Source: an uncultured Nitrospiraceae bacterium (GTDB lineage Bacteria; Nitrospirota; Nitrospiria; Nitrospirales; Nitrospiraceae). Taken from it: 64,000 bases of DNA. The notes beneath the pieces were generated by a model. It ran no database searches, had not been told where the DNA came from, and worked only from the letters and a program-made list of their open reading frames with translations. Below, one piece after another: positions 30,494-40,533 of this stretch (the stretch's first letter is position 1; the number at the start of each line of letters is the position of its first letter). A program made the position numbers and the translations under genes. Location of the stretch: positions 576,001 through 640,000 of the forward strand of contig CAVPLT010000004.1 in assembly GCA_963706325.1 (NCBI GenBank), written 5' to 3'.

Positions 30494-32352
30494 GGGAGTT
30501 CTTCCAGCACGCCTCGCCGCATGGCGGCAATCGCTCGATCGGCCGACTCTGCGAGGGAAGGGTGGGTGCTTTTCAAGGTCTTGAGTTGGGACAGAAACTC
30601 GATCGTGCGCGCGAACAGTCGGAACATGTCTCCCTCCGCCATGGTCGTCAGCCGCGCGAGCCCGATCCACGTCAGGGTCTGGTCTGCGACCCACCGTTCC
30701 GTCAATGCCGCGACGTCTGCCCGGAGCATCGGAGGCTCCTCGTGGGGCATGAGACTTTCCGCCAGCTTCCTGACCTGAAACAACAGCGTCACAAGACCGG
30801 TGCTGCCGCGCGGAAATGAGCCGGGACGGTCGTCGTCATGGGCGATGCTCGCCATGATGGCGGCGAGCAAGGGCGGATCGATGGCGCCGAACGCTTCAGC
30901 GCGAATCAGTTCAGTGATTAAGAGCGAGTGATCAATGCGGATCAGTCGTGCCCACTCGCCGTCGGCGGTGAGTTGCGCGGTGGCGCTAAGATAGCCGAAT
31001 CGTTCCAAGACATCGATGCGTTCCTGAAAACGGTGCCACAAACTGGTTTGTAGCGCTTGAATTGATTTCGTGTGTCGGTGAATTTCCTGGCGAACTCGCG
31101 ATGCCCGTGCAAAATCGCGCTGGCACGCCTGCCGAGAGGGGCAGGAGGGACATGGGAAATCTCCTAGCGTATGAATGATGGAACTGTCGAGAGGTACGTC
31201 TTCTTCCTGATGGGTCAGGATAGGCAAGATCGGCAAACGTGGCGGGAGGTCGGCCAACTGATGCGTCAGGTGCTCCAGGGATTGAGGGGTCGTCCAAGGA
31301 TAGATGGACGTTTCCTCGCATTCAAAGGTGCGATCGAACACTTGGGTGACGATCGAGGCGGGGCATTCATTGAGGGCGCCGCCTTCCCGTAAGAGCGTGA
31401 CCATCGGCGCGTGCTGGCCCTTGCTGCGATATTGGCGAAGAATGATGCCGCGTCCCCGCACCAGCCCGATGACCCGTCCCGGTGTGAGAAAATTCAGGCG
31501 CGCTGCGACATCCGGTGATTCTTGTCTGGCTGCGATCCCTCGGGGCTTTTTTCGTTTCCGAGCCTGGTCGAAAATCTGCCACTGTGTGATCCAATCCGAG
31601 CAGACCCGTGGTCCGAACGGTTCCATCTCCGCGCGCAGTCCGTCGAGTTTGGTTTCAAGAATGGCGGTGCGCTGATTCAATTGAAATTGCGCAAAACTTT
31701 TGGCCAGGATCGACTGAATTTGTTCGCGCGGATGCGCTTTGAGCAGGTTCAGGACCATCGGATAACTGATGACGAATTGGCTGTGGATCGGCTCCGGTTG
31801 CCCGGTAAGTCCCTTGGTCAAGACCGTCAGGTCGATGTAGGGTGACGGAGTAATGACCGCAAAGCCCACCAGGTCTTTGCCGCGGCGTCCCGCGCGTCCG
31901 GCAAGTTGCTGGATTTCGCTGGCCGTGAAATCGGTAAAGTCCCTGGCTTTGCGGATACTGGATTGAGTGACGACGACCGTGCGGGCTGGAAAGTCGACAC
32001 CGGCGGCGAGGGTGGTCGTGGCAAAGACGGCGTCCAGGGAGCCGGTGCGCATCAATTCTTCCACGGCAACTTTCCAGGACGGCAGATGTCCGGCATGATG
32101 GGCGGCCACGCCGATGCGTTGGACGGTACCGATGAGCGGGTGTTCGGCGATGCTGGGAAATTGTGTCGTCACGTGGTCCAGCACTCCGGCAATTTGTTCT
32201 TGCCGAGATTTGGGCAAGACCACTTGGCTGCGCTCGAAGGATTGCATCGCTTCGTCGCAGGCTCGTCTCGAGGTGAGAAAAATAATTGCCGGAGTCAGAT
32301 TTTTTTGACGGAGGGTCGCAACCAGATCAACCGGATGGATCGACGGCGGCAT
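30490..32352 (-). CDS. Ski2/HelY-like SF2 helicase, RecA2 plus C-terminal (DSHCT-like) half only
   Basis: PAIIFLTSRRACD, GVAAHHAG, VFATTTLAAGVDFPARTVV, QLAGRAGRRGKD and C-terminal EGDMFR...MRRGV. No Walker A or B. Confidence 0.9.
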   Translation of the reverse strand: MPPSIHPVDLVATLRQKNLTPAIIFLTSRRACDEAMQSFERSQVVLPKSRQEQIAGVLDHVTTQFPSIAEHPLIGTVQRIGVAAHHAGHLPSWKVAVEELMRTGSLDAVFATTTLAAGVDFPARTVVVTQSSIRKARDFTDFTASEIQQLAGRAGRRGKDLVGFAVITPSPYIDLTVLTKGLTGQPEPIHSQFVISYPMVLNLLKAHPREQIQSILAKSFAQFQLNQRTAILETKLDGLRAEMEPFGPRVCSDWITQWQIFDQARKRKKPRGIAARQESPDVAARLNFLTPGRVIGLVRGRGIILRQYRSKGQHAPMVTLLREGGALNECPASIVTQVFDRTFECEETSIYPWTTPQSLEHLTHQLADLPPRLPILPILTHQEEDVPLDSSIIHTLGDFPCPSCPSRQACQRDFARASRVRQEIHRHTKSIQALQTSLWHRFQERIDVLERFGYLSATAQLTADGEWARLIRIDHSLLITELIRAEAFGAIDPPLLAAIMASIAHDDDRPGSFPRGSTGLVTLLFQVRKLAESLMPHEEPPMLRADVAALTERWVADQTLTWIGLARLTTMAEGDMFRLFARTIEFLSQLKTLKSTHPSLAESADRAIAAMRRGVLEELP

Positions 32353-33565
32353 GCAGTTTCATTCCCTTTGAGATGACGACGAGGCCGGAATCAGTGACGT
32401 TGAAACGTTGGCGGTCAGCGACCGGGTCGAAGCCGATCTCGGTTTTGGGCGGGATGGTGACGTCTTTGTCGATGATCGCGCGACGGATGCGGGCATTCGC
32501 GCCGATCACCACATTCTCCATGAGGACAGACTCCCGCACATCAGCATGGTCGTGGACGCGAACGTTCGGGGAAAGCACGGAGTTTTGGACTCGACCGCCT
32601 GAGATAATACAGCCTCCGCAGACGATGGAATCCAGCGCCACTCCCATACGGCCGCCCTGGAAGTCCTGGGCGAAGACAAACTTCGCCGGAGGGAATTGGC
32701 CTTGATAAGTGCGGATGGGCCATTCCTCGTCATACAGGTTGAACAGCGGATCGACCGCCACGAGGTCCATGTTGGCCTCCCAATAGGCGTCGAGTGTCCC
32801 GATGTCGCGCCAGTATTTCACGGCCTTCTTGTTCTCGTCCTGAAATTTAAACGCGTAGACCCGGTTTTCTTTGATCATGCGGGGAATGATATTTTTTCCG
32901 AAGTCGTGTTTCGTGCCTTCTTTGGCGTCGCGGATGAGCTGCTCGCGGACGACCTCAGTCCGAAACAAGTAAATGCCCATTGAGACGAATGCCTGTGTCG
33001 GATCGCCGGGAATGTGAGGAGGCTTTTCGGGTTTCTCATCGAAGCGCAGGATTCGCCGATCCTCATCCACCGCAATGACTCCGAAGCGGTTCGCGTCGGC
33101 CAACGGCGTTTCAATCGCGCCGACGATCGCATCCGCCTGCTTCTCGATCATCAGGTTGTACATGTCGGCATAGTTCATCTTGTAGATGTGATCACCGGCC
33201 AGGACCAAAAGAAATTCGGGCAAATCATTGTCGAGCAGGAAGAGATTTTGATACACCGCGTCGGCGGTGCCTCGATACCAATCTTCGCTGATGCGTTGCT
33301 GCGGAGGGATGGATACGATGTATTCGCCCAGCTCGGCGTTGAGAATGTTCCATCCGGTGCGGATGTGACGGTCGAGAGAATGGGACTTGTATTGGATCAG
33401 GACCGAAATCTGGCGCAGACCGGAGTTCAGACAGTTGCTGAGCGTGAAGTCGATGATGCGGTACTTGCCGCCGAATGGAACTGCCGGTTTCGCGCGCTGA
33501 TCCGTCAGGGGATTCAGTCGTTCGCCCTTACCGCCGGCCAGCACCATCGTGAAAATCTTCGCCAT
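32327..33565 (-). CDS. glgC: Glucose-1-phosphate adenylyltransferase
   Basis: LAGGKGERL, RAKPAVPFGGKYRIIDF, WYRGTADAV, SMGIY and YWRDIGTLDAYW. Confidence 0.97.
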   Translation of the reverse strand: MAKIFTMVLAGGKGERLNPLTDQRAKPAVPFGGKYRIIDFTLSNCLNSGLRQISVLIQYKSHSLDRHIRTGWNILNAELGEYIVSIPPQQRISEDWYRGTADAVYQNLFLLDNDLPEFLLVLAGDHIYKMNYADMYNLMIEKQADAIVGAIETPLADANRFGVIAVDEDRRILRFDEKPEKPPHIPGDPTQAFVSMGIYLFRTEVVREQLIRDAKEGTKHDFGKNIIPRMIKENRVYAFKFQDENKKAVKYWRDIGTLDAYWEANMDLVAVDPLFNLYDEEWPIRTYQGQFPPAKFVFAQDFQGGRMGVALDSIVCGGCIISGGRVQNSVLSPNVRVHDHADVRESVLMENVVIGANARIRRAIIDKDVTIPPKTEIGFDPVADRQRFNVTDSGLVVISKGMKLHAAVDPSG

Positions 33566-33696
33566 AGATGAACCGATTGTAGCAGGACGATAGATGAATA
33601 GAAAGGACGCAGAATGTTGACTTCATCTCGAACTCGGACGATACTACAAATCGATGTGCGTGCCCGTCACCGGTCGGTTTCAATGAAGGAGCGGAC

Positions 33697-33975
33697 ATGA
33701 AAAAAACCAGTGGTCGGACGGTGGAAATCAAGTCTGAAACCGAAGCAGCCAATCCCATGATGGAAATGGTCTGGCGGCTCGGACGATTGGAACGGCAGGT
33801 GCAACGACTGTCCGAGTTGGTACGAAATCACGCCGAAGACAATGACCGGTTGGTGCGAATTGTGGCCGAAGATCGAGATGTAATTCGCCGGGAATTGTTG
33901 CGGAAGCATGAACATCGCGTGCGCGTGCGCAAACACTTGCGCGATGTGAGTGCCAAAGTTGGCTTGGAGCATTGA
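33697..33975 (+). CDS. Small coiled-coil hypothetical protein
   Basis: RBS AAGGAG. Upstream TTGACT-17 nt-GATACT (33617-33645). Heptad pattern. Confidence 0.7.
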   Translation: MKKTSGRTVEIKSETEAANPMMEMVWRLGRLERQVQRLSELVRNHAEDNDRLVRIVAEDRDVIRRELLRKHEHRVRVRKHLRDVSAKVGLEH

Positions 33976-34015
33976 CCTTTTGCCTGCCGGCGCGCAGATG
34001 TGAATCCAGCCCTTG

Positions 34016-35155
34016 ATGGCGACGTCTTCCACTCCTCCTTTTTCTGCATCTCGCGGTTCTCTCTCTTCTGCAGTTCCCACGATCGAGATTCGCGGAATCA
34101 TGCGCCGTCACGGCTCTGTCATGGCCGTCAATCAGGTGAGCTTCGATGTTCGCCGTGGTGAGTTCTTCTCTATCCTCGGTCCGAGCGGCGCGGGGAAAAC
34201 CTCGGTGCTGCGCATGCTGGCGGGTTTCGAGGATCCGGACGAGGGCGACCTGCTGATTGACGGGAGCTCGATGCTCGGGGTGCCGCCGAACCGCCGGCCC
34301 GTGAATCTTGTCTTTCAATCATATGCGCTTTTTCCTCATCTGACCGTGCTCGAGAACGTGGCATTCGGCTTGAAGATGCGCCGGATTCCGGCGTCGCACA
34401 TCGCGGAGCAAGCGCACCAGGCTTTGTCGATGGTCAAGTTGCTGGGCAAAGAGACACGTCTGCCTGCACAGCTCTCAGGTGGAGAGCAGCAGCGCGTGGC
34501 GCTGGCTCGTGCCTTGGTGAATAAACCTGCCGTGGTGTTGCTCGATGAACCATTGGCGGCTTTGGATCAGCAACTCAGGCAGGAAATGCAGGTGGAGTTG
34601 AAGTCCATCCAAGAGCAAGCGGGACTGACCTGCGTCTGCGTCACGCATCATCAGGAAGAGGCGATGATGATGTCGGATCGCATTGCGGTGATGCATCAGG
34701 GACGCATGTGGCAGATCGGCCCACCCCGCGAGGTCTATGAGCGACCGTGCAACCTGTTCGTGTCGCGATTTCTCGGCGTGTCGAATGAACTGCCGGGCCG
34801 CATAACAAATAACCTGGGAGAGGAAAGCCTTTTCCAACCTGCGGTCGGGGACCAAGCGCCTTTATTGGTTCGCTTGCCTCCCGGTGAACAGGACGGTCGA
34901 GTCGCGACTTTCTCTCTTCGCCCAGAACAAATTCGGATGAAGCGTGAACGGCCTTCTCCGTCTGATCAGGTGCTGCCGGGCCGGATCGAAAAAGTGCTCT
35001 TCGCGGGAAGCGACACGAAGTATCTGGTTCACGTCGGCCACGATCGCCTGTGGGAAGTCAGGATGACGTCGAGAATACATCCCGCACCCTTCACCGTGGG
35101 GGAGCCCGTTTTCCTCCACTGGACCCTATCTGACGGACAGGTGTTCTTCGAATGA
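34016..35155 (+). CDS. potA: Spermidine/putrescine ABC transporter ATP-binding protein
   Basis: GPSGAGKT, PPNRRPVNLVFQSYALFPH, LSGGEQQRVALARAL and a TOBE-like tail. Confidence 0.92.
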   Translation: MATSSTPPFSASRGSLSSAVPTIEIRGIMRRHGSVMAVNQVSFDVRRGEFFSILGPSGAGKTSVLRMLAGFEDPDEGDLLIDGSSMLGVPPNRRPVNLVFQSYALFPHLTVLENVAFGLKMRRIPASHIAEQAHQALSMVKLLGKETRLPAQLSGGEQQRVALARALVNKPAVVLLDEPLAALDQQLRQEMQVELKSIQEQAGLTCVCVTHHQEEAMMMSDRIAVMHQGRMWQIGPPREVYERPCNLFVSRFLGVSNELPGRITNNLGEESLFQPAVGDQAPLLVRLPPGEQDGRVATFSLRPEQIRMKRERPSPSDQVLPGRIEKVLFAGSDTKYLVHVGHDRLWEVRMTSRIHPAPFTVGEPVFLHWTLSDGQVFFE

Positions 35156-36048
35156 CGATGCCGAATCGCGACCTCCGGTCTCGTTCCCCATCGTCGCGCG
35201 CATCCCGCCCCCCCTGGTGGCTCGCTGCTCCGGGCCTCATCTGGATGGCCGTATTTTTTCTGGCGCCGCTCGGGTTGGTCTTTGCGATTAGCTTTGCCTC
35301 GCGGGGCACCTATGGCGGCATTGTCTGGGAATTCACGTCCGCAAACTATCTGGATCTGCTGCACCCGCTATACGGCAAGATTCTCGCGCAGTCCTTGTGG
35401 TACGCGACCCTGACCACTGTCCTGTGTTTCATCTTGGGGTTTCCGCTTGCCTATGTCATTGCCCGCAGCCCGGCGCGCTGGCAGCCGGTCTTTCTGCTCC
35501 TCGTCATGCTCCCCTTCTGGACCAACTTTCTCGTGCGGACCTATGCGTGGATGATTCTCTTGCGCCATGACGGCCTCATCAATCGGGGTTTGATGGCCCT
35601 GGGGGTCTTGGACATTCCGCTGGAACTGCTCTATACGCCGACGGCGGTCGTCATCGGACTGGTCTATGGTTATCTGCCGTTTATGGTGTTGCCGCTCTAT
35701 GTCGCGGTGGAGCGACTGGATCCTCTATTGGTGGAGGCCGCCTGGGATCTCTATGCCTCGCCCTGGGCGGTTTTCACGCGCGTGATACTTCCGCTCACCA
35801 AACCGGGCATCGTGGGCGGTTCCATCCTGGTGTTCATCCCCTCGATCGGCTCATTCATTACGCCCGATCTCCTCGGAGGCGCCCGAACCATGATGATCGG
35901 GAATCTCATTCAACACGAATATCTCGTTGTCAGGGATTGGCCGCTGGGGTCGGCCGTGTCGTTTGTGTTGATGGCGATTGTGATGGCTGCGGTGGGGCTG
36001 TATTACCGGAGTGCCCCCCGGACAGATAGGCCATTGGAGGGACGATGA
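35152..36048 (+). CDS. potB: Polyamine ABC transporter permease
   Basis: LPFWTNFLVRTYAW, YLPFMVLPLY and EAA loop. Confidence 0.92.
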   Translation: MTMPNRDLRSRSPSSRASRPPWWLAAPGLIWMAVFFLAPLGLVFAISFASRGTYGGIVWEFTSANYLDLLHPLYGKILAQSLWYATLTTVLCFILGFPLAYVIARSPARWQPVFLLLVMLPFWTNFLVRTYAWMILLRHDGLINRGLMALGVLDIPLELLYTPTAVVIGLVYGYLPFMVLPLYVAVERLDPLLVEAAWDLYASPWAVFTRVILPLTKPGIVGGSILVFIPSIGSFITPDLLGGARTMMIGNLIQHEYLVVRDWPLGSAVSFVLMAIVMAAVGLYYRSAPRTDRPLEGR

Positions 36049-36818
36049 GACGTGGATTAATGGGCCTGAACGCAGTCAGCTTGTTGGCGATGTTGTTTCT
36101 CTATGGACCGATCTTGGTCCTTGTGCTGTACTCGTTTAATGCCGCCCATCTGTCGATGGAATGGCGCGGGGCGACGCTGAAGTGGTACGAGGCTCTCATG
36201 CGCGACGAGGCCTTGCTTGCCGCTGCGGTAAACAGCCTGCTCGTTGCAGTGGTCTCCACGATCGGCGCGACTTGCCTGGGAGGCTTTATCGCGCTGGGGA
36301 TGGATCGCATGTCACAGCGTCGGCAGCAGATCATCGAAGGAGGATTGGTGCTGCCGCTCGTGATTCCCGAAGTGATGATGGGCGTCGCCTTGATGCTGTT
36401 TTTTGTGTTGCTTAAGATGCCGCTTGGTCTCACGACGGTTATCCTTGGACATATCGTGTTCAATATTCCACTGGTCACGATCATGCTGAGGACGCGATTG
36501 CGAAAACTCGATCCCGCACTGAGTGAGGCGGCGATGGATTTGGGCGCTGGTCCCTGGCAAGTCTTTCGTCATATTACGTTACCGTTGTTGCGACCCGCTG
36601 TTTGGGGCGCGATCCTCGTGGCATTCACCGTGTCTCTGGATGATTTCCTGGTGACCTTTTTCACGGCCGGTCCCGGCGCGACGACTCTCCCGCTGAAAGT
36701 CTATTCAATGATCAAATCCGGTGTCACGCCGGAGATCAATGCGCTGTCGGCGCTGTTGCTGGTGATTTCCATGGCCTGTGTCGGTCTGTCTCTGCATCTT
36801 CAGCGGCGCGAGGTGTAA
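36045..36818 (+). CDS. potC: Polyamine ABC transporter permease
   Basis: YSFN, EAAMDLGA, SLDDF, TLPLKVYSM and PEINAL. Confidence 0.92.
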   Translation: MRRGLMGLNAVSLLAMLFLYGPILVLVLYSFNAAHLSMEWRGATLKWYEALMRDEALLAAAVNSLLVAVVSTIGATCLGGFIALGMDRMSQRRQQIIEGGLVLPLVIPEVMMGVALMLFFVLLKMPLGLTTVILGHIVFNIPLVTIMLRTRLRKLDPALSEAAMDLGAGPWQVFRHITLPLLRPAVWGAILVAFTVSLDDFLVTFFTAGPGATTLPLKVYSMIKSGVTPEINALSALLLVISMACVGLSLHLQRREV

Positions 36819-37889
36819 GTGTCCGGATGTCCGCCACGCAGGGCATTCTGGTTCGCCTGCCTTGTCGCAGTGGCGGGGCTTATGTCGGCCTGCGGGCAGT
36901 CCCCATCGGCTGACAGTAGGACCTCACGTCCGGTCCTGCACTATTTCACCTGGTCCGACTATGTAGGCCCGGACATCATCCAGGAGTTCGAACGGCGCGA
37001 GCAGGCGAGCGTCGTGATCGACACCTTCAGTAGCAACGAAGAGCTATTGGCCAAACTGCAGAGCGGCGCCACAGGATACGACGTGGTAGTGCCGTCGGAT
37101 TTCATGGTGGCGATCATGATACAGCAAGGCTTACTCAGCGAGTTGGATCAGCAGGAACTGCCCAATGCTGGTGTGCTCGAGCCGCACCTGCAAGGCCTCC
37201 ATTTCGATCCAGAAGGCCGGTATTCGGTGCCCTACCTGTGGGGCACCGTCGGCATCGGGTACGATTCGGCGGTGATTGCTCCCGTGCCGGACAGTTGGTC
37301 GATTTTATGGGACCCGCGCTACAAAGGGCGGATCAGCATGCTGAACGACCAGCGGGAAGTTTTTGGCGCAGTCTTGCGGTCCATGGGGGAGTCCATGAAC
37401 AGCACGGACCCGCACGTCATCGACGCAGCCAAGGATCAGTTGCTGCGTCAGAAGCCCTTGGTAAAGACCTATACGAGCGACCACTACGATCAACTGTTGG
37501 CCTCGGGAGAAGTCCTTCTGGCTCACGGATGGGGAGGACCGATGGCGCGCGCGATGGCTGAGCGGCCATCGATTCGGTATGTGGTGCCGAAAGAGGGGGC
37601 CACCCTATGGGCCGATTGTCTGGTGGTCTTGCGAACGGCGCCTCAAAAACGGCTGGCCATGCGCTTCATCAACTTTTTGATGGAGCCTGAGATTGCCGCG
37701 CGCACCTCTGAACGGTTGCGGTTCGCCTCCGCCTCCCGTGGCGCGCGCAAACTTGTCAGCGCGTCGACAAGAGACAATCCTGCGATCTATCCGCCGGTCG
37801 ACCAGTTGGATCGGTTGGAATGGATGCGGGATGTCGGTCGGGCGATCCGCCTGTACGACCGGGCTTGGACGGAATTGAAGATGCAGTGA
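36819..37889 (+). CDS. potD: Polyamine ABC transporter substrate-binding lipoprotein
   Basis: WSDY, FSSNEELLAKL, YDVVVPSD, PYLWGTVGIGY and PKEG. Confidence 0.92.
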   Translation: MSGCPPRRAFWFACLVAVAGLMSACGQSPSADSRTSRPVLHYFTWSDYVGPDIIQEFERREQASVVIDTFSSNEELLAKLQSGATGYDVVVPSDFMVAIMIQQGLLSELDQQELPNAGVLEPHLQGLHFDPEGRYSVPYLWGTVGIGYDSAVIAPVPDSWSILWDPRYKGRISMLNDQREVFGAVLRSMGESMNSTDPHVIDAAKDQLLRQKPLVKTYTSDHYDQLLASGEVLLAHGWGGPMARAMAERPSIRYVVPKEGATLWADCLVVLRTAPQKRLAMRFINFLMEPEIAARTSERLRFASASRGARKLVSASTRDNPAIYPPVDQLDRLEWMRDVGRAIRLYDRAWTELKMQ

Positions 37890-37987
37890 AGCCGTCGACT
37901 TGGTCGTGGTTTCAAATGCCGTGAAGAATCAGTATAATATGCGCCCTATCCTCGGTGGTTCGATATTCCTGCACGATGTGTGACGAC

Positions 37988-39328
37988 ATGTTCCATGACA
38001 GGGGTGGTGGGCGAGTGGGTCTGCGCCCAGCAACCAGATGCTGGCGCGCCTGGTTCCTGCTGGGCATGGTGGGTCTTCTCCTATGCGGCGGCGGGATGGC
38101 GCAAGCCGCTGAGTCTTTCCCGACCGGTTCACTTCCTCCTCCGGCCGTTCGCCTGAACTTAGGTGAGGCGGTGGCCCTTTTTCTGAAACAGAACCTGGAC
38201 CTGCTGATCGCCAAATATGGGATCGACTTCAGCAGGGGTCAGCAAATTACGGCCAAACTCTTTCCGAATCCCGTGCTGCAGATCGGCACCGTGGCGTCAT
38301 TTACGCAAGGCAATACCCTTTCGAACTCAGGCGCCCTGACGGCTCAAGTGCAGCAACTGTTCGAATTGGCCGGCAAGCGCGGATATCGCATCGAAAGCGC
38401 CGGCTTTGGAGTGCAATCAGTGGAGGCCGATTTCGAGGATGCGGTTCGTCAGTTGGGATTTACGATCAAGGATGTCTACTATCGAGTGCTGGTGGCGCAA
38501 CGCCGGTTGGCGCTGGCTGAGGAAAATCGGGATCGCTTTGCCCGGATTTTAGACGTCAACACCATTCGTTTCAAAAAAGGCTATATCGCTGAAGTGGATC
38601 TGATTCGGATCCGGCTGCAAGTGGTCGACTTTCAATCGCAGGTCATCGAGGCCATCCAAGAAGGCGAATCCGCGAGGGGTGATTTGCGTCAGCTCCTTCG
38701 CCTGTCTCCGGCGACCAAGCTTGAGTTGACGACGGAAATGGACTACCGGCGGGTTGATCCCGACATGGGGAAACTCCGAACCGTGGCGTTGGAAGTTCGG
38801 CCGGACATCAAGAGTAAGCGGGCGACTCTGTCGCAGCGTGAATCGGACTTGAAACTGGCCAAGGCCTTTCGCATCCCGGATGTGACGATCGGCGCCGGAT
38901 ACGCGGTGCAAGGTCCGCGTGGTCCCGACAACCAGCAAATGGGCATTTTGAACCTCGGCGTACCCCTCCCGCTATTCAATCGCAACCAGGGTGGGATCGT
39001 CCAGGCGGAGGTCGGCTTGCAATCGGCGCAGGCTGACCTGGACCGGACGGTGAATCAGGTTGAGAACCAAGTCGATGTGGCCTATCGCAATCTGCTCCAG
39101 AGCCGCCGACTGGTGGAGGCCTACTTGGCCGGCGTCTTGGATGACGCCCGCTCAACGTTTACGATTGTAGAACGCGCCTATGAGCGGGGAGGCGCCACCA
39201 TCCTCGATCTTCTCGATGCGGCTCGCACCTCCCGCACGATTCAACAGAATTTTATCGAGGCTTTGTTTTCCTACCAGCACAACCTGTTCCAACTGGAAAG
39301 TTCAGTCGGGCAGGAGGTGACGTCATGA
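37988..39328 (+). CDS. TolC/CzcC-family outer-membrane factor
   Basis: LFPNP, VPLPLFNRNQG and ILDLLDAAR. The start codon is uncertain. Confidence 0.9.
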   Translation: MFHDRGGGRVGLRPATRCWRAWFLLGMVGLLLCGGGMAQAAESFPTGSLPPPAVRLNLGEAVALFLKQNLDLLIAKYGIDFSRGQQITAKLFPNPVLQIGTVASFTQGNTLSNSGALTAQVQQLFELAGKRGYRIESAGFGVQSVEADFEDAVRQLGFTIKDVYYRVLVAQRRLALAEENRDRFARILDVNTIRFKKGYIAEVDLIRIRLQVVDFQSQVIEAIQEGESARGDLRQLLRLSPATKLELTTEMDYRRVDPDMGKLRTVALEVRPDIKSKRATLSQRESDLKLAKAFRIPDVTIGAGYAVQGPRGPDNQQMGILNLGVPLPLFNRNQGGIVQAEVGLQSAQADLDRTVNQVENQVDVAYRNLLQSRRLVEAYLAGVLDDARSTFTIVERAYERGGATILDLLDAARTSRTIQQNFIEALFSYQHNLFQLESSVGQEVTS

Positions 39329-40476
39329 TCGCACCCTTGAAACCGGTTCTCTTGCTGGCCGCCGGCGCGACACTGTGGGCCTGTAGTCAAACCCAAGAGC
39401 CCAATTCGTCTTCCCCTGCAACTTCCTCCAAGACGGTCTCCTCGGCGGAATCAGCCCCTCAGGCGGGCAGTCAGATCGAAACCGCTGTGGTGGACTTCAA
39501 ACCGGTTCAACCCGAATTGGTGTTGGTCGGGAAGGTGGCCTACGGAGAAGATCGCTACTCGAAGATTTCTTCGCCGCTGCAGGGACGGGTGGTGGAGGTG
39601 CGGGCTCGCCTCGGTGATCACGTTGAAGCGGGCGCCACGTTGCTGGTTATCGATAGTTCCGATATCACGGCGGCCTATTCCGAATTCGTGAAGGAAGCCT
39701 CGGAGCTGGAGTATTCAACGCGCGCGCAAGAACTGGCGAAGGAACTGCATGCCACCAAGGCCTTGGCCCTGAAGGATCTGAAACAGGCGGAAAACGACTT
39801 GATTAAGGCGCGCGCAGAATTCAGGCGCGCGAAGGAACGATTGCTGTCGTTGCGTATTCCCGCGTCTGAGTTGGAGAAGCCCCTGGCGCAACAACGCATC
39901 ACCTCGCGCTTTGAGATGAAGAGTCCCTTGACCGGAACCGTAGTCGAGCGAGCCGTCACGCCAGGACAATCCGTCGGAAGCGATGCGAGTCAAGTTTTGT
40001 TCACCGTAGCCGATCTGGATCGCCTGCAGGTCGTCGCCGATGTCTATGAGCGCGATCTGGCTCTGGTCAAGGTGAGCCAAGTCGGGCGGATCAATGTGGA
40101 AGCCTATCCTGGAAAGGACTTTGCGTCCGTGGTGGCTTCTATCGGGGACGTGGTCGATCCCAATACCCGCACAATTAAGGTGCGGGCATGGGTGGACAAT
40201 CTGGAGCAACAGCTCAAACCTGAAATGTTTGCGCGCCTGAAACTGGACATCGGGGACGCCAGCCCCTTCCTGACCATTCCTAAAGAGGCCGTCGTCGAGA
40301 TCGATGGAAAGCATTTCGTCTATGTGGTCGATGCGCCCAATCACTACTTGAAGCGCGAAGTAACGGTTTCCAACGTTTCCAGTGATCAAGTTCGCATTCT
40401 TCAGGGTTTGACCGCCAGTGAGCGAATCGTGACGAAAGGGGCGGTGCTGATCAAAGGCCAAGAGGTCAACGGATGA
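39325..40476 (+). CDS. RND efflux periplasmic adaptor (CzcB-like lipoprotein)
   Basis: LWAC lipobox, SPLQGRVV, SPLTGTVVER, DPNTRTIKVR and LKPEMF. Confidence 0.9.
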   Translation: MIAPLKPVLLLAAGATLWACSQTQEPNSSSPATSSKTVSSAESAPQAGSQIETAVVDFKPVQPELVLVGKVAYGEDRYSKISSPLQGRVVEVRARLGDHVEAGATLLVIDSSDITAAYSEFVKEASELEYSTRAQELAKELHATKALALKDLKQAENDLIKARAEFRRAKERLLSLRIPASELEKPLAQQRITSRFEMKSPLTGTVVERAVTPGQSVGSDASQVLFTVADLDRLQVVADVYERDLALVKVSQVGRINVEAYPGKDFASVVASIGDVVDPNTRTIKVRAWVDNLEQQLKPEMFARLKLDIGDASPFLTIPKEAVVEIDGKHFVYVVDAPNHYLKREVTVSNVSSDQVRILQGLTASERIVTKGAVLIKGQEVNG

Positions 40477-40533
40477 CATGGCGATCGTGAAGATAGCTGC
40501 GACCCGGCAGGGCCGGCACAGGTCACCGGGACG

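Noticed and set aside
27339..30900. Diversity-generating retroelement template/variable repeat pair
   Set aside because: Mismatches are not adenine-specific and there is no reverse transcriptase. A deletion scar explains it better.
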